64,000 nt of DNA, from contig CT868518.1 of assembly GCA_000165425.1 (NCBI GenBank), positions 62,001-126,000 of the forward strand, written 5' to 3'. Below the pieces are notes generated by a model. The model was given only the letters and a program-made list of their open reading frames with translations. It was not told where the DNA came from and searched no databases. This stretch comes from Paramecium tetraurelia. Its lineage: Eukaryota. Numbering within the stretch: the stretch's first letter is position 1; every line of letters begins with the position of its first letter. This document shows, piece after piece, positions 56,935 to 64,000 of this stretch. Made by a program: the position numbers and the translations under genes.

Positions 56935-57034
56935 TTTTAGTCTAAACTCTATTAAAAAAATTATAATTATTTGTAATAAGGAAATTGTATAAATTCAAAT
57001 TGTAATAATAATATGATATCTCAAAAATAATGAA

Positions 57035-58264
57035 TCATTATTATTGTGGCAAAGATTAAGATATCAATCTAATTTTTGATTTTCCTTGCGCATTGCTTTG
57101 TGGTTCCTAATGATTTTGTGTCGGTGGAATTTAAGCATTCATATCATTTTATAAAGGCGCATTATAGTTATATTATTATTATTATGGAGGATTAATAAAG
57201 CTTCCCTACTGTGATAATGGTAATTAATCCATTTGTGGTTGGTATTATGATTATGATTATGAATATTATTGATATTATTATTAATCCTATTATTATTAAT
57301 TATATTATGAATATTAATACATTTATTAATCCACTTGTTAATATTATTATTAGTCGAATGATTAATATTTATTCTCTATATAGTTTTACATCTGAGGACC
57401 CTAATTTCCAAAATAATTCTGAATTTTTTAACAGAATTAATTTAATGTATTTTCATGCTAAGATAAATTGTTTAGGTTTAAATTTGCCTACTATCGCGTC
57501 TAACCTACTTATTCTTAATAGACTCTAAGCTCATCTTTTACTTATTTAGAGATATTGTTGAAATGCTCATTCACTGCTTAAGACAAGTTGTTTAAATATT
57601 CTGTTACTTTTCCTTCAATTTATTTAGTCTCATTTTCTAGATATTCTTACTTTTTTTATATATTCTCTTATGCCTTTTTCCAAATATCATGAGCATGATT
57701 ATTATTGGAAATAAATGTATTTATATGTTCTAAAATTCCAGAATTTTATTAATTTTATGCTTGGCTTTGTGTTTTCTCCTCTTAAATTTGTATTTTCTCT
57801 TCTTAAGTTTGTATCTTCTCTGCTTAGGTTTGTATCTTCTCTGCTTAGGTTTGTATTTTTTCTTCTTAAGTTTGTATTTTCTTTTATTACTCCTGAATCT
57901 TGATATCTTATTCTTATATTCTCTACTCTTATTACTTTATTTAGAGTTTTATTTCTTAATTCTCTTACTTTAATGAATTGTATAAATCTTCTAATTTATT
58001 GATTTTACTTAATTCTCCTTATATTTTTTCTAATACTTCATTTGTAATAATCTATTAAAAATTTTCTTAAGATTATGCCTAAACTTTTAAGGGTGATTAT
58101 TATTCTGGAATTGACTTAAAAATATATTTATTATTTACTTTTTTGCTTAAAACAGCTGATGAATTTTAGAGAGCTTGTGTTTAAACTTAACTCATTGTTG
58201 CAGTGGAGAGTTTTTTATCTGCATTTCTCTATGCCATACCTGAAGAAGTGACCTTGTAACTCAT
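57035..58264 (-). CDS. Q/N-rich coiled-coil protein with heptad tandem repeat
   Basis: MSYKVTSSGMAQRNADK...; KIQTQEEKIQTQAEKIQTQAEK; ends LPQQQ-TGA. Confidence 0.6.
57772..57885. repeat. Coding 21-bp tandem repeat, about 5.5 copies
   Basis: Units such as TCTTCTCTGCTTAGGTTTGTA (two identical copies) encoding IQTQ[AE]EK on the minus strand. Confidence 0.85.
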
Positions 58265-58530
58265 TGAATTCTATTAATAATTAAATAATAAACAAATTAT
58301 GATACTTTTGGGTATTTGGAATAATATATTGTGAATAAATTAATTTATTTTTAATTTAAATAGATAAATCAGCAGATTTGATTGAGTGAAATAATTGATA
58401 ATGGTTTATTGGGGAAATAAAGATGGATCTGATCAAGTAACTGAGTTATTGAGTTAAATGGATTGAAAATTAAGGAAATAAGATAGAATTAGAATTGATT
58501 ATTATATTATATAAAAATTAATAAGTTCAT

Positions 58531-60238
58531 ATGGGAAATTGCTTAAAAAGAAACTAAACCTAGTTATAATAAAATCAATAATGTCCAAAATGCCATTTAG
58601 TATTTTAAGCACAATCAAGTGCTCTTCTGGTAAGAATATTATCGTAAAAAAGTATTAATAACATGTTACGAATTGCAGAGTTAGACCAATTTAAAATCAA
58701 CCTGTTTAATCTCGAAATTTGTAAGTTGGAGATGTAGTTATCGAACCGAACCATCATCATATTCCTAATCCAAATCCAAATCCAAGAACCACCGTACTAA
58801 GATTATTATTATAATTTTAAGCCTCATTATATATAGGATGATTTTCAAAATAGAAAATAAAAATATTATTGGTGCAAAGAATTATTACCTGGCTCCAAGA
58901 TCAAATACAAATGGAACAAGAAAGTAACTCAAACAATATTTTATCTCAGTTATCCCCTCCTATGCCAGCAGCCAATGTTTCTGAAATGCTAGCCTTGCCT
59001 TGGGTTCAGATTAAAAATTCTGAATTTCCAATCAAACAAACATGGTTTCGATTGTAATTGGAGAAAAAAAGAATACCTTGGTAATAAGGAGCTGAAACAT
59101 TGTCTGTAAACAAAGAGAGTTTCTTAATGACGACTTTGAATATGTACAAAGAGATTAATTGGCACAAGGAGGTCAAGGTTCATATAGACGGTGATAAAGT
59201 ATTGGATGCTGGTGGTTTATTAAGAGAATGGGCCAATTTAATAATGAAAGAAATTGTACACCCAGAATCAGGTATGTTTTAATTAGCTGATTGCGAGGAT
59301 GTATCTTATAAAATCAATTGTGAAGCAGATACTGATGAGCATATTATAGATTGTTTTAAATTATTAGGGATTGTTGTGGGTAAATGCATTTTCGAGAGGA
59401 TTCCTTTAAATATCTATTTTGATAGATCAATCATCAAACACATAATTGGTTAGTCTATATTTTTGGAGGATATTTATTATTATGATCGTTAAGTACTAAA
59501 TTTTAAAGATTTTAGTTATATTAATCTTGGGATTTTTTAGTAAATAATAAGTTTGAAGCAGATGATATCTCTGAGTTTTTTGTTATTTACAGAAAAAGTA
59601 AAGGAGATTACTACGAATTAAAAAAGGGGGGATAAACTATTTAGTTGGACATGGATAATTGTTAAGAATACGTTAATCTGTGGTAATTATATAAGAAAAT
59701 TTAGCATTGATTATTATACAAATATATCAGTTAAGCCGTTTTTGACTGCTTTTTTATCAACTTTATATAGTGTATTAAATTAGTGATTAATGTTTAGATA
59801 ATTCCAAAATAACTTCTTAGCTTACTTGAACCTTTGGAATTGGAAATGATCCTTTATGGAACTCCTTTCATTGATATTAATGACTGGAAAGATAATACTG
59901 ATTATAAGGGAGCTTACTACAGAACTCACTAAACGATACAATGGTTTTGGGAAATCTTGGAGCAGCTTGATTAATTTAATCTTGCCAAATTCTTATAATT
60001 TTGTACTGGATCAACTCGAACTCCGGTAGAGGGATTCAGAAAACTAGAAAGCAATAGGGGAAACTGTTCTAAGTTTTGTATAGAAAGTGTACCATATACA
60101 AAGGCTAATCCTTACCCAAAAGCACATACTTGTTTTAATAGATTAGAACTACCAATGTATGAAACTAGAGAAGAGATCGAATCCTATTTGAAAGCAGTAA
60201 TACAGGCTGATATGGATGGATAATTTGGAATGGAATGA
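58531..60238 (+). CDS. HECT E3 ubiquitin ligase (NEDD4-like HECT) with MGNC N-terminus
   Basis: DAGGLLREW, QWFWEI, KFLQFCTGSTR, YPKAHTCFNRLELPMY, FGME-TGA; N-terminal CPKC..HVTNC finger. Confidence 0.92.
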
Positions 60239-60275
60239 TATTTAATTCAATATTATATAATTAATAATTTAAATT

Positions 60276-60775
60276 ATGCATTGTCATTTATTAGAGGATC
60301 CATAAATAAATAATAATGACTAGCCTAAGAAAATTAAAAAAAAAAACAAATATGACTATCACAGGAAAAAAAGGAGAAGTTCTGATGCTTCCAACACCAA
60401 GAAATTAGGTTAAAAATTCACATCAGATGAAGATAAGCTAATTCTACAGTTAGTTCTAAATGTCGGACCTAAGTTTTAAAAAATTCATAAACACTTTCCA
60501 GGAAAAACTTTGGCCATGGTAAAGAACAGATACTACAAATATCTTCGCTATAGGTGGGAAGTCTTGGGATAGTATTTGTTTAATTTATATTTAGAAACTA
60601 CAAACATTTAAGTGTTCAATAGGATTCATATGAAAATTTGTGTGAATAACAAAAAATAATAAGTGATCAGCTCGATGAAGAAAAAGGCAATTTAATCACA
60701 CAAATTATCTCCCATACAAAATTACTTTCAAATGCTCGCATGTTTGTTGAATATCTAGTTGAACAATTATTATGA
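60276..60775 (+). CDS. Single Myb/SANT-domain protein
   Basis: KFTSDEDKLILQLVLNVGPKFQKIHKHFPGKTLAMVKNRYYKYLR; one 23-nt intron. Confidence 0.82.
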
Positions 60776-61500
60776 ATTCATTATAGTTATTTTATATATT
60801 TACATATTCAAAACATAAACTACTTCAATATACGACTACTTATATTAATTTAGAGATTCTTCAATAAATTAATACAATACTAAAACTCAAGTAAATTTAA
60901 GCAAAGATCTTGATAAACACCAATTTACCAACTCATTTCTGTATAAACAAATATGATGATCCATAGTCTCTCAGTTATGGTAGCATGCTATCCTGAGCGC
61001 ATTAGAAAACCTGGAATTAGAATGACTTTATGGAATTTACATAATAAATTAACTTAAAGTTTAATGCTATAAAATCAAATAAATTATCAAATAAATCATT
61101 TCATACTTTTCTTATGAATATAAAAAGTGCAAAACTTACATGAATTTATTTTATGCGAAAAAAGATCAAATCCTAAATCTTTTAATATAATTAAAACCAA
61201 AACAAAATCATAGCCTTAAGTCATAAGAATCTTAAGCTACTTCTACTGTGGACTTGAATATAAATGGTTTTAAACCTTTTAAACTAAATCTTTATATTTA
61301 AAGCTTAAACAGTTTACTTTTTTAAGATTTAATCACAGTTTATCGCAATTCATTAATATAAATGTATTTTAATTTGATTCAGATGAAACTGATGTGATTT
61401 ACATATTAATCATATATGTGATTCAAATAGGCAACAACAAAAATTAATTATCTGTTTGAATAAGAATAATTGTCTATAATTGAATTTTTGTAAATTAATA

Positions 61501-62804
61501 ATGCAATTTACTCCAAAAGTATATGAGTTCGACTATGAAAGACCCACATTAAAAGTGTATAAATTAAGCTAGCAACTTGTGTTCAATAGAACAGCTTCTG
61601 AATAAAAAATTAGAAAGTCCAGGGCTGTTTCAGATATATTAAGTTAGCCTTCAAAACAAATGGATTTTAAGGAGGAAATAAAAAAGCTAGAGCTAATTTA
61701 AAAACCCTAAGAACTAAAAAGGGAAATATTTAGATAAATCAAATAGACTTGTAGGGAGTTTAGAAATCTTGAAAGGGAAAGAGATGGGTCATTATGGGTG
61801 AAATCATATTGTACAAATGAAAAAATAAAAATAAGCAAATTGTTTAAAGGAACTTAAAATCCATAAGCAATTGATTACAAAAATTTTCATTCAAGGAGTA
61901 ATAGCAAAACTCACATCAAACCAAAAAGGAAAGCTGTCGAAATTCCTCAATCATCTTTGTAATAATAAAGTAAGCCCAGACCTTAGTTATTAAGATTAAG
62001 ATTGAAAAGCAAAAATGTGTCTTAAGAAATCTTATAATAAAACGGATGCTTCACAGAAAGAGAATGCTAAGTTAATTTAGTAACACAGTAAATTAATACT
62101 GATACAAAGAAACCTAAAAAAGAGATGGAAGTTCAAGATATGGGAGTCTTCGATGAAATGTTGGAATTTTATAATTCAGATCGAATCGTAACGATAACTT
62201 AGGACATTATGAGAAGAAAAATTGATTTCAAAAAAATTTAACATGAGTTAAAAAAAACTCTCTAATATATCAGTAGATTAAATTTGGATATTTATTAGGC
62301 ATTCAGTGATCAAGTGATAAGTCAAAAACCGTTCTAAAAGGAGCATTCTTATGAATTTATATAGGCTGCAAAGTAAGGAAAAGAATGGGAAGTCAAAGAG
62401 TTTATTAAAGATAACAAATATTTGGTTTACGATTTCGATTATGTAAGCGTGATTGAAAACACTTATAGATTTACATGACGGCTTTACATTGGGCTTGTAA
62501 GAGAGGACACTTTGAGATTGTTAAACTTTTAGTTGAAAATGGGGCAGATATTGAATTTCAGGATATCATTGGAAGGCCAACACTTTATTTTGCAATCATT
62601 GGAGGAAATCCAAAAATTGTGAAGTATATTTTAGATAAGAAGGCTGATCCCTGGTCAACAACAGCAGTAAACTATAATTAATTGTGTATGGAGTACAATC
62701 CCTCGTTTGTGTAGTTGATTGCACAAGCAAGAAAGGCTCATATAACCTTAAAAATGACACCTCCATCCTAAAGAGAAACCATATGGAAAATATTACGTAG
62801 ATGA
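61501..62804 (+). CDS. Ankyrin-repeat protein
   Basis: TALHWACKRGHFEIVKLLVENGADIEFQDIIGRPTLYFAIIGGNPKIVKYILDKKADP; long low-complexity N-terminus. Confidence 0.85.
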
Positions 62805-64000
62805 AATATTCTTCTAATTTAACTATTTGTAATTTTATTGAAATACTGAAACATCATTAAATATTTATATATTGTTTATTTCCTTTTATATATTCTTAAA
62901 ACTAATTGACAGCAGTTATACAGTTATAAAACAATTTTAAACAAAGAGATGATGTTAATTTAATATTTCAAAGAAATTTGTAAAAACCCATAAAAATAAA
63001 ATTAATAATTTAGTATTAAAGAGATTTTTATGAGAAATTAACTTCAATCGCAAGATTCAGCAATGTTACCAAACCTATCCAAGTTTAAACCTATTTAATA
63101 GGTTGCGGGCAAGGCTCCTATTCCGGAAGCTGAGCTCGTTCTAAATTAAACAAACGAAATCATTTTTATCATATATTTAATATCCTAATTGGTTCAACCT
63201 AATGATCATCCTGAAAAATGAGAATCAATATGAGAGTGTTATTCATAGTGGAAATGCCTATTCTAACATTGAATAATCATTGAAACACTTAGATTAAGAA
63301 TACTTAATTATTATTGTATGTATATATATTATTATTATTTTTATTAAAAAATATGTATTAATTATGGAGATTCATCAAGAGGGGTGTAGTAAGCTAACCC
63401 CACATGGTTGGAGGAGTAATCGTTGGATATTTTGGAGTAGGAATTATCAGCTATTATAATAGCGATATACAATTTAATTATGTGAGAATAATAATAATAT
63501 CCTCAATAGGGAGAATATAATGAACCTCATTCACACAATCATGGTGAGCAAGTTAGATAATATTGTGAATCAACTTTATTGAAGATTAGATCACAAATAA
63601 ATGAACTCAGAGAATAACATTGAAATAATCTGAATGATAATTATATAATATACACAATCATAAAAATATCATGTTTTAACATTTGGTGCATGCTGATTAA
63701 GGTTTCAGTTTTAAGATGATTAATAATGTACCACATTTATTATAGAATATACAAATAATTTGTGAACATTTTCGAATAATTAAATATTATTAACATTAGA
63801 CAAAATTCAATGCAATTAGAAGCAAAATATATATTACAATTGTTGCAAAGTTAATTTAGCTTTAGTTACCTTCATTAAAATTATTATATAATTATAATTA
63901 TGCATTGGAAGAGTATTGATTTGTCCTATAAATTTTAAGTTTAATGATTGAGATTACTTCTTATTTTTACTTGAATCAACTAATTAACAATCTATGATCT

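Noticed and set aside
63030..63640. Fragmentary plus-strand ORFs at the right end
   Set aside because: Broken into short pieces with no identifiable product.

Overview
AT-rich, gene-dense eukaryotic DNA read with the ciliate genetic code (TAA/TAG = Gln, TGA the only stop) and interrupted by tiny 20-29 nt GT..AG introns. This is typical of a Paramecium macronuclear chromosome; the genus is inferred from code, intron size and compactness. The supplied ORF track uses the standard code, so it fragments real genes and reports many antisense shadows. Manual translation gives about 35 genes. Housekeeping genes include RUVBL2, RPT6, a Rab1-like GTPase, SEC61G, SDHB, PAM16 and NCBP2. Also present are a hybrid histidine kinase, chromatin factors (ATXR3/SDG2-type SET, PZP/PHD, HMG, Myb), several E3 ligases, a PARP pseudogene and an intergenic C/D snoRNA matching SNORD27/snR74. 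The most notable items are an ISG12/IFI6/IFI27-domain protein, an Rdx(SelW-like)-beta-sandwich-WD40 fusion, a bromo-like/AWS/ATXR3 SET protein, a pseudokinase-MORN fusion, an ATGA stop/start overlap and a local frame break in SDHB. All assignments come from manual motif recognition; no database searches were run.
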